The notes beneath the pieces were generated by a model that worked only from the letters and a program-made list of their open reading frames with translations, was not told the DNA's origin and ran no database searches. A stretch of 62,952 bases of DNA, filler included, from Chrysochromulina tobinii (taxonomy: Eukaryota): the NCBI GenBank assembly GCA_001275005.1. It is 4 parts of 4 records of this genome, joined end to end, with 100 filler letters (N's around TTAATTAATTAA, not from the genome) between each part and the next. Parts side by side here need not be neighbours in the genome. Positions count along the whole stretch, not along the records: positions 1 to 16,038 come from JWZX01001363.1; 3 more parts are not named here. One strand, written 5' to 3'. Positions 1 through 11,600 of the stretch are shown in pieces (positions within the stretch are counted from its first letter, which is position 1; each line of letters starts with the position of its first letter). Made by a program: the position numbers and the translations under genes.

Positions 1-1212
1 AAAGTCCTCGTCGACGCGGGTCGGCCATGGGAGGCGGCGGCGGCGGGGAGGATGCTGCCCAGCCTGGCCCGACTGCGCTGGGAGGGCTTCGAGGTGAATG
101 TGGCCGCGGTCCGCGGGGTGGATCTGGACGAGAGGGATGATGACGAGGACGAGTACGAGGACGAGAGTCCTCCGTTCCTTGGAGGCCCTGCCGAAACCGC
201 TCTCCTCAGCTGCATCGAGGGAGAGGGCGAGCCGCCGCTCGAGCTACTACTTGTAGCTGTCGCCTGCGCCGGCTCTGGCGAGGTTCGCGGCATACCTGTG
301 CAGATGATGCGCGACGACTCCGTCTCTGAGCTCGACCTGGAAGAGAGTAATATCGGCGTCGAAGGCGGCATGCTTCTTGCGTACCTCATGCCTGTCATGG
401 GCGGGCTGACGTCGCTCAACCTCTCGTCGAATGATATCGGAGGCTACTGGGATGACATCCGGGAGGAAATCGTCTCCACCCCTGAGGGGCCAAAAGCTAT
501 TGCAGACGCACTTTTGGTCAATGGTGGGCTGACAAGCATCGACGTCCGCCAAAACAGCATTGCGGGCGACGGCGCTGTGCAGCTCGCTGCTGCTGTCCTT
601 GGCAACCTCAACATCAATTTTTTCAATGAAATCCCAATCAAGGAGATGCGCGCCAACTCGCTCACGGAGCTGGACCTGAATGGGAAGTACGTCGGAGTCG
701 AGGGAGGCATGGTCGTTGCGGGTCTGATACCCGTCATGGGCGGGCTGACCAAAATATCACTCGCCAACAACGAGTTGGGGGAGGAGGGCACCAAGGCCAT
801 CTGCGAGGCACTCAAACAGAACAAACAGAACAAAATTCTCAAGGAGCTCAATTTGTCTGGCTTCATGGGAACCAATATCGGAGGGGCAGCAGGCGCCATG
901 CATGTGGCAGACATGCTTGGCGTCAACGGCGCGCTGACGGCCCTGGATTTGTCCTCTAACTGCCTCAAGGATGAGGGCGTAAGCGCAGTCTGCGCGGCTA
1001 TCCAGAGCAACAAGGAGACCAAGCTCGCGTCGCTCAACTTCTATTACAACGATATCGGTACAGTTGGAGCAAACGCTGTGGCGGCTATGGTAGCTGTCAC
1101 AGGCGCATTGACCGAGTGCAACCTCCAGTACAACCCTTGCATTGGCAAGAAAGGGGAGGCCTTGATTCGGAAGGCAATGCAAGGAAGGGCTGGGTTTAAG
1201 CTTCGTATCTGA
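1..1212 (+). CDS. Ribonuclease-inhibitor-type (NLRC3-like) leucine-rich repeat protein, 5'-partial
   Basis: Frame 1 is open from base 1 (KVLVDAGRPWEAAAAGRMLP...) to TGA at 1210-1212. Repeated ~28-aa RI-class LRRs (LTSLNLSSNDIG, LTKISLANNELGEEG, LTALDLSSNCLKDEG). The N-terminal part resembles the linker of the 16908-18830 protein. Confidence 0.85.
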   Translation, partial: KVLVDAGRPWEAAAAGRMLPSLARLRWEGFEVNVAAVRGVDLDERDDDEDEYEDESPPFLGGPAETALLSCIEGEGEPPLELLLVAVACAGSGEVRGIPVQMMRDDSVSELDLEESNIGVEGGMLLAYLMPVMGGLTSLNLSSNDIGGYWDDIREEIVSTPEGPKAIADALLVNGGLTSIDVRQNSIAGDGAVQLAAAVLGNLNINFFNEIPIKEMRANSLTELDLNGKYVGVEGGMVVAGLIPVMGGLTKISLANNELGEEGTKAICEALKQNKQNKILKELNLSGFMGTNIGGAAGAMHVADMLGVNGALTALDLSSNCLKDEGVSAVCAAIQSNKETKLASLNFYYNDIGTVGANAVAAMVAVTGALTECNLQYNPCIGKKGEALIRKAMQGRAGFKLRI

Positions 1213-2191
1213 TATGAACAATTATTGAACGAGGTGGAGTCGGTGAGCTGCGGGCGCGCCATTCCTCCCGCCGCGCTTACCGCCGCCCCAGGGAGACCAC
1301 GATCTCCCCGCCACCCCGCCCTGCAGAGCAATCCCCGGGTACCGCTACCCCGTACCCGCTACTGTACCGCTCGCTTATAGTTTCAGAGAGCATGACGTTC
1401 GGCCGGTTCCCCCCTGGTCGTCGCACACCGTCCTACCGGGAGCAGCGTCTTGGCTGTTCAAAACGCAACGCGCCGTCGTTGCTGGCGTCCTCGCCTGTGG
1501 TCACATCCACGTTGGATGGCCGGGTGGCCGCGTAAGACACGCGCCTGCGCTCAAAACAGCGCTTTTTTCCGTCGCTGGCACTCTAAGGGTCCTCAAAAAC
1601 GAGTCCGGCGAGTCGGGTCGGACCACTCGGAGCGATCCGGGGGGGCCGTGATGCATGGGGAGTCGGACCTGGAGATACGATAGACATCGAGGTTCGAGTG
1701 CGTCGAGCGTTCGAGGTACCCTCTCGGCTCCGCCGCGGCTTCTCAGGCTCTCTACGGCTCGGCTGTGGTGTGTCTATGTGTGCACTGTCGACTGTCCACC
1801 GACCAGGCACACGCAAATTTTTCGTCGGTAACACGAAGTGCTACTGCGGGTAACACGATGGGTGCAATGGGCTGTACAGCACCCACATCTCGGGTCATTG
1901 CCGTCCACGTCGCGTCATCACAGTCTGCGCGCCCTCCTGTTCGCTGTTGTTGCCCAGTCGCGCCATCGGTAGGCCAAGGTCTCCCGCCCTGCCTGCCGGC
2001 CCTCGCTGATCGTGTATCTCTGTGTTCGGAGCACTCTCGCGTGCCCTCGTGGACTCGCGAGCGCTGTGTTGAGCACTCTTCGCGTCCTCTTGTGGACTCG
2101 CGAGCGCTGTCGCGAGCGCTGAACGCCGGCGCTGACCTTCGGCACCGACCGGCACCGACGACCGGCACCGATCAGCGCCTGACCCCGGCGC

Positions 2192-5173
2192 TCAGCCGAA
2201 GCGTGCGAGCGCGGCGAATCGCTGGATTCCTCTCTGGAGCGCTTGGAGGCGCTCCTCGCTGATGCCCTCGAGCTCAAGGTCGGCCATCTCGCGTTGCCGC
2301 TCCTCCAGGCTGCCGTACATTTCGGTGAGCGTCGAGACAATCTCCTTGGCTGAGATCGCGGGAGGCGCATTCTCGGCGTCGGCTCCGGTGGGCGCGCCGG
2401 CGGCGTCGGCGGCGGCCGGCGCAGCACTGAGCGCAGCACGCGGCTTGAGGCCCCGAGCGAGCAGCTCCTCAATCCGGTCGGCGAGCGCTGCAGCGGCCGC
2501 TCGCTTTTCATCGACGAAGGCATCCCACATGGCATGCCACTCACGCAGGCGGCTCGACTCGGCCGGCGTGATCGCACACACAGGCACGGAGCACTCGGTT
2601 GGTGGCCAGGCCACCTGCCCGTGCGTCTGCAACACCTGTAGGTCGATCATGCCCGGAAGCTCCGCCGGGTGCTTCCCCTTGGGCCGCAGCCCGCGCATCG
2701 GCGGCCAGAGCGGCGCATTCTCCGGCAGCTCGGTCGGCGCGCGCGTCACGATCAACCCACGTGGCAGCGGCCCAAGCTTTCCCAGCGAGCCGTCAGCGAG
2801 GGTGACGAAGGCGCCTGCACTGGGCAGCTTGTGCTCGATGAAGGGCGACGTGCGCACGTCGTCGCCCTCCTGGTACAGCACGGCCACCACAGAGCCGTCG
2901 CGCACGATGATCTTGTAATTCAGCGCGGCGCCCGTCGCGTCCGGAGGGAAGGCGCAGCACTCCTCGTCATCGAGCGACGTGTCGGTGCCCGTCAGGTTGA
3001 GCACATCGACGGCCACCTCGTCGCGCAGGTCCGAAAAGTAGACTTGCACGATGTTGTGCGTGTCGGCGTCCACCTCCTGCGTATACAGCTCGACGGGCGT
3101 CTCGGAGAAGACTTGCTTCTGAGCGGCGGGCTCGGCGCGGCAGCGCACCGGCCCGTCGAGCCGGTGCTCCACGCGCAGGGCCGCGGCGCCCGCGGCGAAG
3201 GAGATGTCGTACTCGGCGAGCGAGAGTCCCTCGGGAAGGATCTGCACCGGTTCGATCGGCCCGCCGTGCTCGCCGCCCGCGTAGCGCACTACAAAGATGC
3301 GCTCGTTGGCGGCGCGCGTGGCGGCCTGCGCCTCGGCCTCCGAGAGCACCCGCACACGCGCGCCGAGGAGGCGCAGCGGAAGCTTGACCTCGGTCTGGCC
3401 ACGGCCCGAGCGCGAGAAGCCGTCGAGCGGATCGTCGGCCGCGGGCAGCATCGCGATGCCGTTCCGGTCGGAGAGCTTCTCGAGCGTCACGAGGATGCCC
3501 GACGAGACCGGCACCACTCCAACTGAGCGTGACGTCGACGGGCAGTTGGGCGCCCGCAACGGCGCGTCGAGCTGACCAAAATTGACCGCGCGGATGCGCG
3601 CGAGCGGGCCGGGCAGCATGTCCTGCGGCACGCGCGAGGACGCGGGCGGCCGGTGCTCGCACAGCCGGCACAGCTTGCCCACGAGCCTTCTCTCGAGCTC
3701 GACGCAGACCGAAGTGCCCGTCTCGTACGTCGGACGCAGCGCGGCGTCGCAGCTCTCGCGCAGCTTCTTGCGCTGGCCGAGCTGCTGCTCCTGCAGCCGG
3801 CGCTTGCGCTCCTCAAACTCGAGGTGCATGCGGCTCTGCTTCAGTCGCCACTCACCCTCCGCCTCGGTCTGTTGACGCTCCCACGCGACGATCTGATCGA
3901 TGAGCTCAGAGGGAAGTTCGAGGGCGCTCAGGATGGCGGCCTGCGTGGCCGCGACGGCGGCGACCACCTCGGCGGCCTGCCGCTCGTGCTCGAGGCTCTC
4001 GTCCGCCGCCGCCGCCCGCGCCACCAGCGCCGACGCGGCCGCGGCCGACGAGGCTGCCGCGCCGTTGTCGTGAGCCCGCGCGGCGATGGAGGCGCGGATC
4101 GCCGCCTCCTCGTCCTCCTCGTCCTCCTCGTCCTCCTCGTCCTCCTCGTCCTCCTCGTCCTCCTCGTCCTCGTCGTCCTCGTCGTCCTCGTCCTCGTCCC
4201 CCTCCTCACCCTCCTCGTCATCGCCCTCGTCCTCGTCGTCTTCCTCCTCCATCGCCACGTCCTCGTCCTCGTCCTCCTCGTCCTCGTCCGCGTCCGCCTC
4301 TTCTTCGTCCTCGTCCTCCTCTCGCCCCATCCGGTCGGTGCTCCCCTCGAGCTCCGCCGTGCCCGCCGCGCCCACCGCTTCAGCCCCTGGCGCCCCCGCG
4401 CTCTCCACGGCCGCGCCGGCCGGCGCAAGGCCCTGCGTGAGGCGCTGAAGCAGCGGCGAGACGAGCGGCATGTGCGGCAGCACCCACTGCAGCAAGTGCA
4501 GCGGCAGCAACAGCCGCGCCGCCGCCACGCGAAGCATCGGCAGCCCGAGTAGCGAGCGCAGCGTGGGCGCGGCTGGGGGGGCGACGACGGTGGACGCGAG
4601 CAGCTCGACCTCGTCCGTCTGTACCTCAGCCTCGAGCAGCTCCGAACGCTCCGCGCGGTCCGCGTCCGCCGTCGCCAGCGTGCGCTCAGTCTCGCGTAGC
4701 CGTCGCACGAGCGCCTCGCACACGCGCGTCGCCAGGTCGAGCTGCTGGTCGCGCTCTGCGAACAGCGGCGAAACGATGCGCGGGTGAGCTTAGAAAACAA
4801 GCGTCGAGCCAGGCAGGCAGCCAGGCACACGGGCAGCGCAGGGCTGGCAGGCGGCGCGGAGAGGAGAGCGGATGCAGCGCGCAAAGGTGCAGAGCCTTGT
4901 ACCTGCGAGCTTGCGTCCTTGGTCCTCGAGCGTCTTGAAGAGCGTGCTCATGACATCGTCGCACACTTGCGGGGCGGGCGGTGGCACTGGCGATCCACCG
5001 ACCCCATCAAAGAAAGCGCTGCTCCCACCGATGACCCCATCAAAGAAGGCGTTGGCTGCAGCGGCCACATCGCCTCCCGATCGGACGAGCAGCATCTTGA
5101 GACGGTCATCGGGCGGCCCTTCGCCGACGATGGAGCGCAGCATGTCCAGCATTTCGTCGTCAACCTGGCTCAT
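2192..5173 (-). CDS. Hypothetical protein with N-terminal UBA-like domain, coiled coils and a long Asp/Glu tract; 2 exons (5173-4903, 4755-2192)
   Basis: Exon 1 encodes MLRSIVGEGPPDDRLKMLLVRSGGDVAAAANAFFDG (UBA-like). A 147-nt intron 4902-4756 (CAG|GTACAAG ... CTAAG ... TTCGCAG) joins it in phase 1 to the 843-aa ORF, giving ...RKLAERDQQLDLATRVCEALVRR. Confidence 0.7.
4106..4320. repeat. Coding (TCC/GTC)n trinucleotide tract encoding poly-Asp/Glu on the minus strand
   Basis: Tandem TCCTCGTCC units seen directly; translated as DEEDEEDEE... Confidence 0.9.
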
Positions 5174-5285
5174 GGCGGCGGGCGGGATGATCGTTTAGGG
5201 ACGCCTCGACCCATCATCGCGAAAGAAATCGCGTTTCCAAGATGGCGAGCGCTCCACTCGCCCCTCGCGCGACTCCTCGCTCGCG

Positions 5286-5801
5286 ATGACGGCGCTGCGT
5301 GAATTATTGGGCCCCGATCCGCGCGAAGGAGACCTGCTTGAGCTCCTGCAACGCTCCAACATGGACGTCAACGCTGCTGCGGACACCTACTTTTTGGGAG
5401 GACACGCAGAAGGGGTGCCAGTTGCACGGCCCGTCTCGAAGCCGCAGGCTACCGTGGCCGCGCCGCCGCCGCCACCACCACTCGACCTCTTCCAGGTCCA
5501 GTGCCCCGCGGGCAAGTACGTGGGCGACGAAATCACCGTGAGCACACCATCGGGAAGGCGCTGCTGCTCGCGCCATCGCTTGAGCAATGTCGTGTACGTA
5601 CGGCAGCCGCCGCAGGTCGTCCACGTGGTCGATTCTCCATACGGGCCGTACGGCGGATACTACTTTCGCTCCGGCGGATACCCTTATGCGTACGGCTCGT
5701 TCGGCCGCTACTACGGACCACGCTACGGGTATGATCCGGTGGTCGGCATGGGCGTTGGGTTCCTCGGTGGGATGCTCGTCGCCGACGCGCTCTTCTGGTG
5801 A
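5286..5801 (+). CDS. Small protein with N-terminal UBA-like domain, Pro run, Gly/Tyr-rich region and hydrophobic C-terminal glycine motif
   Basis: MTALRELLGPDPREGDLLELLQRSNMDVNAAADTYFLG (UBA-like); ends YGYDPVVGMGVGFLGGMLVADALFW*. Confidence 0.7.
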   Translation: MTALRELLGPDPREGDLLELLQRSNMDVNAAADTYFLGGHAEGVPVARPVSKPQATVAAPPPPPPLDLFQVQCPAGKYVGDEITVSTPSGRRCCSRHRLSNVVYVRQPPQVVHVVDSPYGPYGGYYFRSGGYPYAYGSFGRYYGPRYGYDPVVGMGVGFLGGMLVADALFW

Positions 5802-5936
5802 GGGCGTGAGGCGGCCCGGTCCGGAGCGCGGAGGAGGTCCGGAGGAGGAGCGCGTGATCCACACCACTACATTAACAGAAACTACGCTTACGCTGGACGT
5901 TGAACGCTAAACGCTAACGCCGCTCAAACGAGGTTA

Positions 5937-6271
5937 TTGCTCAACACGGATCTAATTGTCACACCACATGCTCAACACGGACTTGCTAAGTCCGTGTTGA
6001 GCTAAGTCCGTGTTGAGCATATTCACAGCTCACTAAGTCCGTGTTGAGCATATGTTTTTTTTTCTCAACACGGACTTAGCAAGTGTGACTATTAATTCAC
6101 AGTTGCTAAGTCCGTGTTGAGCATATGTTTTTCGGTGCTCAACACGGACTTCTTGGTGTGAATGAGGATTAAGTCCGTGTTGAGCATGTTCACAGGATGG
6201 TTTTGTGAATCTGCTCAACACGGACTTGCAATTGTGCTCAACACGGACTTGCTAAGTCCGTGTTGAGCATG
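5937..6271. repeat. Array of 12 copies of a ~16-nt motif (TGCTCAACACGGACTT), six in each orientation, forming palindromes
   Basis: CTCAACACGGA at ~5940, 5971, 6064, 6138, 6214, 6237; reverse complement TCCGTGTTGAG at ~5991, 6007, 6038, 6111, 6175, 6257. AT-richer than its flanks. Confidence 0.9.
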
Positions 6272-7089
6272 CTTAAAAAAAATTCACAGACAAGCCCCCG
6301 TTTGGAATCTTTGGAATCTTTGGAATGTTAAGACCACTTCGCGCGCAACCATGTCCGCTGGCTCCGCTTGGCCTTGGTCGGGGGTGCTCTCGTGTCCCAC
6401 GGATCTCTTGTTCGCGTCATTCCTGCATCTGACGCGCGCGACATCATTATTGCCGTTGTTGTGCAGCGCCTCATCGTGCGCCGACGTGCGAATTCCCTGC
6501 GCACGTCATCGCAGTTCTGGTTGGCTGATTCACCGATCTCATGGACCTCAAGATCTGGTTATTCCCGGTGTGCATGGATCTCATCGATGATCTGGGGATG
6601 TGGATGATCCCACCTGCGTTTGGCGCTCGGCTTCGAAGTCACGAGGACTAGAGCACATTGTCACCTGTCATAGCTGCAGCGGAAACGTTCCATGAAGGCG
6701 GTCCATCCCATCCGGCATTCAGCGAGTCATCGGTTTCTACCGGTGGCAAGGCTCCCTCGGGTTCCGAGCGTGGGTCGATTGTGCTGAGGGGGGGAAGTGG
6801 CCAAAGGACTTCAGTCCGGAACGTTGCTTGCTGTGGTGTGCTCGGCGCCGTCGCTGTCCGTCGATCTAGTCAGCCTCCAGAGTGGGATCGGCGCGTGCTT
6901 TAGCTGCTATGGTAGGCGTTTCAAAAGAATGGCGTGCAGCAGTGACGAGCCAATCCTGGTGTCGCGTCACCTGCATGCGTTTCCCTCGAAAGGTGGCAAT
7001 CGTGACGGCTCTTCTCCTCTCCGCCCGCCACCCGCGCCGCTGGTTCGGCCGTCCGCTTGCGTACGACCTTGTCGTGGGCGACGGTGGCC

Positions 7090-7959
7090 ATGGCTGACGA
7101 TGAAGAATCTTTCGGCTCCGATGATGACCTTCACCATTCTTCGGATCCATCTTCGGAAGAGGAAGATGAAGATCGTGAGGTTCTTCCGCGCATTCTTCCG
7201 CGCAGAGGGCCGCTGCGCGGCGCAAACGGATGGCGTACTTCCAGTCTGAATGGTGCTGCTCCTGCTGCGGACGGGTGTGCTTCCTCTGCCGCGCCTCGAA
7301 CAGATTCAGAGCAACCGGAAGTCAGCCCTCATGCACACCGGGGTGCTTTCCGTTCTCCTCGACGCCGGGGGCATTCCGAAGATTCGCGCAGTCATTACAA
7401 GCGTGAGATCGAGTGGGTGAAGGAGGGTGCGAAGGAAGACCTCATCAACCAGGAGTTTGATGGCCATTCGCTTCATCATCCCGAAGTGCAGAGTGAGTGG
7501 TCCAGCTTCATTCAAAGTGCTGCGAGCGTCTCCAAGGAGATGCAATCCGTGCCCGAACGGAATACACTTGACGGAATGCACTTGTACTATAGATTTTTCG
7601 TCACACAAGAAACTGGTGGCGGCAGGTCGTTGTCGCGCGCGAGGACTGAAGGGCTGCGGCAACGAGGGAGGTGGCGGCCGGGACAGTGCAGGCGAGTTGC
7701 TCACGTTAGACCTCACGATATACTGGCGTCTCCAATTCCAGGGGAGCGCAACAACAATAAAGGCGCGACGCGACGCACGCAACGAAGCCTGAGATTCCAA
7801 AGATCCCAAAAAACAAATGGGGTAGTGAGGTCAATCGACCGTGCCAACCGCAGCCTTCCCAAGGGGGGACCGATCGGCCTACCATACACACCTGCATCCA
7901 AGCACCCCACATACAACTATCTACTATATAGCAGGCCAAGCTCGTCCAATCAAAGTTAA
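7090..7959 (+). other. ORF of unknown status with an acidic N-terminus, possibly a mobile-element remnant
   Basis: MADDEESFGSDDD...SSEEEDED start. Lower GC than neighbouring genes and no recognisable domain; the distal part looks non-coding. Confidence 0.25.
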
Positions 7960-8631
7960 GTACTTAACGCGGTTATGAGAGGGAAGAGGGAGGCGAGAAA
8001 CGACTAAGGCTACCCAACGGGCTACTCTCAGGTCACTCTGGTCACATTAACAGGACTGCCGGGACCCCCCCCAGCGGCTATGTCTCGCGCGTTCGGAGTA
8101 ACGGTAAGCCGCGCTCGCGCTTACCGTTTCAAGAGCCGACGAAACCGGCTACGCTCTCTCAATCTAAGCTGCTGCTCTTGCTTACTGTGCTTGCCAAATC
8201 TGCTAATCTGGCGAAGCCGAAGATCCGTTAATCGAATTATTGCGTGACGTGTCGCATATCTCCTGAGACGTCGCCTCAAGCGCGTCGCGCATTCTGGTCA
8301 GCGGCTCCGCCGCGTTATGGAAGCCGAGCTAGGCGGAAACGCGGAATGTTCAATCTACTCTCGAGGCTAGCAGTCGCGCCAGTGGAGGCGAGGTGAGAGT
8401 CGAGTTGACGGATGATCGAGCTTCGAGGAGACCGTCGGCATACACGGAACACGTGCGAGACTTGACGCCGTTGACTTTTCTCGTCTCCTTCTTGTGGCTG
8501 GCCGACACGGCGCGATCGTGACCCACTACCTATGCTATTATTAACTTCTCAACAGGCGCTCGCACCTCCGGGAGAGAGAAGCCGAGTCGCACTCAACATC
8601 ACTCACACATATCCCTGCTCGCAGCTCGGGT

Positions 8632-11600
8632 TCACCCTCCTACCACGAGTTCGATAGGCCACAGATCGTCTTGAGAATCATCACTGTCGTCCTGTGAGTC
8701 CTCACGTATGTGCTCCGCCGTCGAACCCTCAGTTGTGGATGTCGTGGAAAAACTCAGTGCCTCCTGAACATCATCCTGAGCAACCCCGAGGCCAAAGTCG
8801 GGCCAGTAATCATAGTCGTCATCATCGTGGCCATCGCCTTTGTCATTATCAACTGGTTCATGAGAGAACTGCATCACAGGACGTGCGAGAGGCTCGACTG
8901 GTTCTACGGACTCCACTTTGCGTGCCGGTGCCGCAAAAGACGAGACAAAACGCGTCGCGCGTGCGTCTTGCTCGCGAGCCTGTCGCATCTCCTTGCGGAA
9001 GAGGCCAATGAATTGAGCAAACGCATCGCTTTCGTCAACGCGTGTCCAAGGCAAGCTGCCGCCCAGTGCACTGGGCGGTGGAGGGACGCCTGCGGGCAGC
9101 GGGGGGGCTTGCGGTGACGCTTGCAGCGAACAGCCCACAAAACCTGCACCCCTGACAAGGCCCGGCGACGGCATGGGACGCTCGGTTCCCAGGGCACCAA
9201 TAATGGGAGGAAGAGTCGCACATCCGGGAGGCGGCAGCATGCTGTATGCCGGTCCCATTGCCGCGGTACGAGGCCCAGCCATCTGAACCGACAAGTCGCT
9301 GGTTCGGCAACCCCCCGTCTCTGCTCCGCCAGCTACACCCATTCCGATAGCTTGTATGCTCATGCCTGGCGGCACGTACGACGCCGCCTCCGAGAGGAGC
9401 TTGGCCAGATGATCCTCCGTGTAACCGGCAGCAAACGTATCCTCGATGCAGTCCGCAATTGACGCATCGATTGCCGCCATTCCTGGTGGCAACGCCCCAG
9501 CCTTTCTCGAACCCGGGCCTTCATCGTACGTATCTACATGCTCGTACTCGCCCTCCACCATCCAGATCCGGTACCGATCGGCGACCCTGATGGTCACTCT
9601 CTTGGCGAAGCCCAGGAACAGTGAGACGCCGAGGAATACGGGGATCGCCATCGGGTCGCCGAAAAGGTTGTGCTGCTGGTGGAGCACCAGCATGTATCCC
9701 AGCACGGCGAAGACGATCCCGCTGCAGTGCAAAGAGCCGAGCAGGTAGAATTGAACTGATAGGCACATTTGATCGAGAGCTCTAAGGTCGGGTGGCAGCT
9801 CTTCGTTGATTGTGTCGTCCAATCCGACCCAGCGACGGCTGCGGTTGGCGAAGCGTTCGTTGCAAAACTGGATGTACTCGAAGAGCTTCCAATTCCAGAG
9901 TAGTTCCTGTACGTTGAACAAAAAGATGTCGATCACCCACAATGCCGGCACCAAGAAGGCCGAGAAAAGCACGAAGTATACTAGATCAGTAGATCGGATG
10001 CCGTAATATTTGCTGACCTCGAACTGCTCCCTGAACAGGAAGATGATAACGACAGCGATTGGAGAGATCACGGAGCCGAGCGCATCAACGGAGAATCGAT
10101 ACATGAGCCTCAGCATGTCCGACATGATCCCGATGGCTTCCAGCTCCGGTGTCATGACCGGCACAGGCGCCCCACTGCGCTGCGCCTGTTGCACCGCGAT
10201 CCTGAAACGAAGCAATCGTTGCACACGAAAGTTCACGGGCTGGACTGCAACGCGTAGGAATACCATGACAGAAAGCTCCACGACATTAGCTTGGATGAAG
10301 GCTAGGAACCCCGCGGCACCCAACGTCATGACGTACTGGATCGTCTGGAGTGCGCATTCAAACGGAAGCGCAATCAGCTTTTCGGTGAGCGCTTGCATGA
10401 GCCAGACCTCCATTGACATCCACACGACCCTGAATCCGAGCATGCACGGCACCGGGTACAACGAGAAAATGATGGAGAATGAAACCTCCAGCGCGAGCAG
10501 GAGAATGATGAACAGCCATATGGAAGTGTACATCACGTGCCGGCGTTGCCAAAAGCCTGGCCGCCAGATCGAGCCAGGCATATCTTTGCGAGGGCACAGC
10601 AACTCGGCCCCGTTCACCATGAGATTGAAGCCCAGGCAGAGGAGCATGATGCCGACGCGTCCGCTGAGCCACTTCTCCTCCACAGACAACGTCACTTCCA
10701 GCGCGCCCGGCCCGATGTAGCCCCAATCTCCAGGGTACGACCCGAGAGGGTTGATCTCGAGCATCACGCCACGCATGAAGCCAGCAACCATGGCAATGGG
10801 GATGAGGACCATGGTGAATCCGATGATCGGGTTGAGCTCAAAACCTCGGAGCCATCGAAGAAAATTCAGTCGGGGAGGGTTGGTCTGCGTCGCAGCCTGT
10901 CGGAAGCAGCCCCACACCAACATGACCGCCAGGATGGCGACGAAGTCCAGCAGGACATAAAAGACCAAGTATGTGGAAAGGTCGAGCGCAAAGTTGTCCA
11001 GAACGTCGATCCATGCGACGGGAAACCAGGTGATCCTCAGATCGTACTCGTGGCCCCTAAGCGTCTCACCCGGAACGCTAGTAAAGTCCCCGAGGATGAG
11101 CTTGCCCTTGATCAGCTTCTTCGCGTATCTTTCAATTCTGCTGTCGCGAGTCTGCCAGTATTGCAACAACAGCTGCATGCGGTGCGGCGTCCAGTCCATG
11201 CCGTGCCTTTCCGACTCATATAGGCTAACATCTGCCTGGATGAAGATGAAGTTCTCGTCGTCCATGTATGCTTTGACCTTACTAAAGTACCTCAAGTTCG
11301 CACCACAGCTCCTCTCGAGCTGCTGCCGTCTGGCAGCATCCGTTTCCAAATCGGGGAAGCAAAAGCCCCCAGAGACGTGCTCGGTAGGTATAGGCTCGCG
11401 CGTCATGTAGAAGAGCATGTCATCACTTTGCGCTTGAAACCAGTAAGGCTTCCCCGCAAAAAGCTCCGACCGCTCCTCATACATGCATGTCATGATGTAG
11501 TCGCACGCATCCGAGTAACGTCTAGTGGCGAATATGTCCCATTGGCGAATGTGGATGGTGTCTTCTTCGCTAACAAGGTGGCAGGCTGAAGGGTGCTCCA

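Noticed and set aside
1341..1354. 14-nt match CCGCTACCCCGTAC to the reverse complement of ~58079-58092
   Set aside because: Short, on different contigs, and flanks do not extend; cannot be called a TIR.
2030..2175. Short tandem repeats downstream of the 2192 stop
   Set aside because: Ordinary low-copy 3' flank repeats with no further structure.
5937..6271. Possible CRISPR array
   Set aside because: Repeats alternate in orientation, spacers are short and irregular, there are no cas genes and the context is eukaryotic.
8100..8128. 10-bp hairpin AACGGTAAGC/GCTTACCGTT as a Helitron end or terminator
   Set aside because: No CTRR terminus at the expected distance and no other support.
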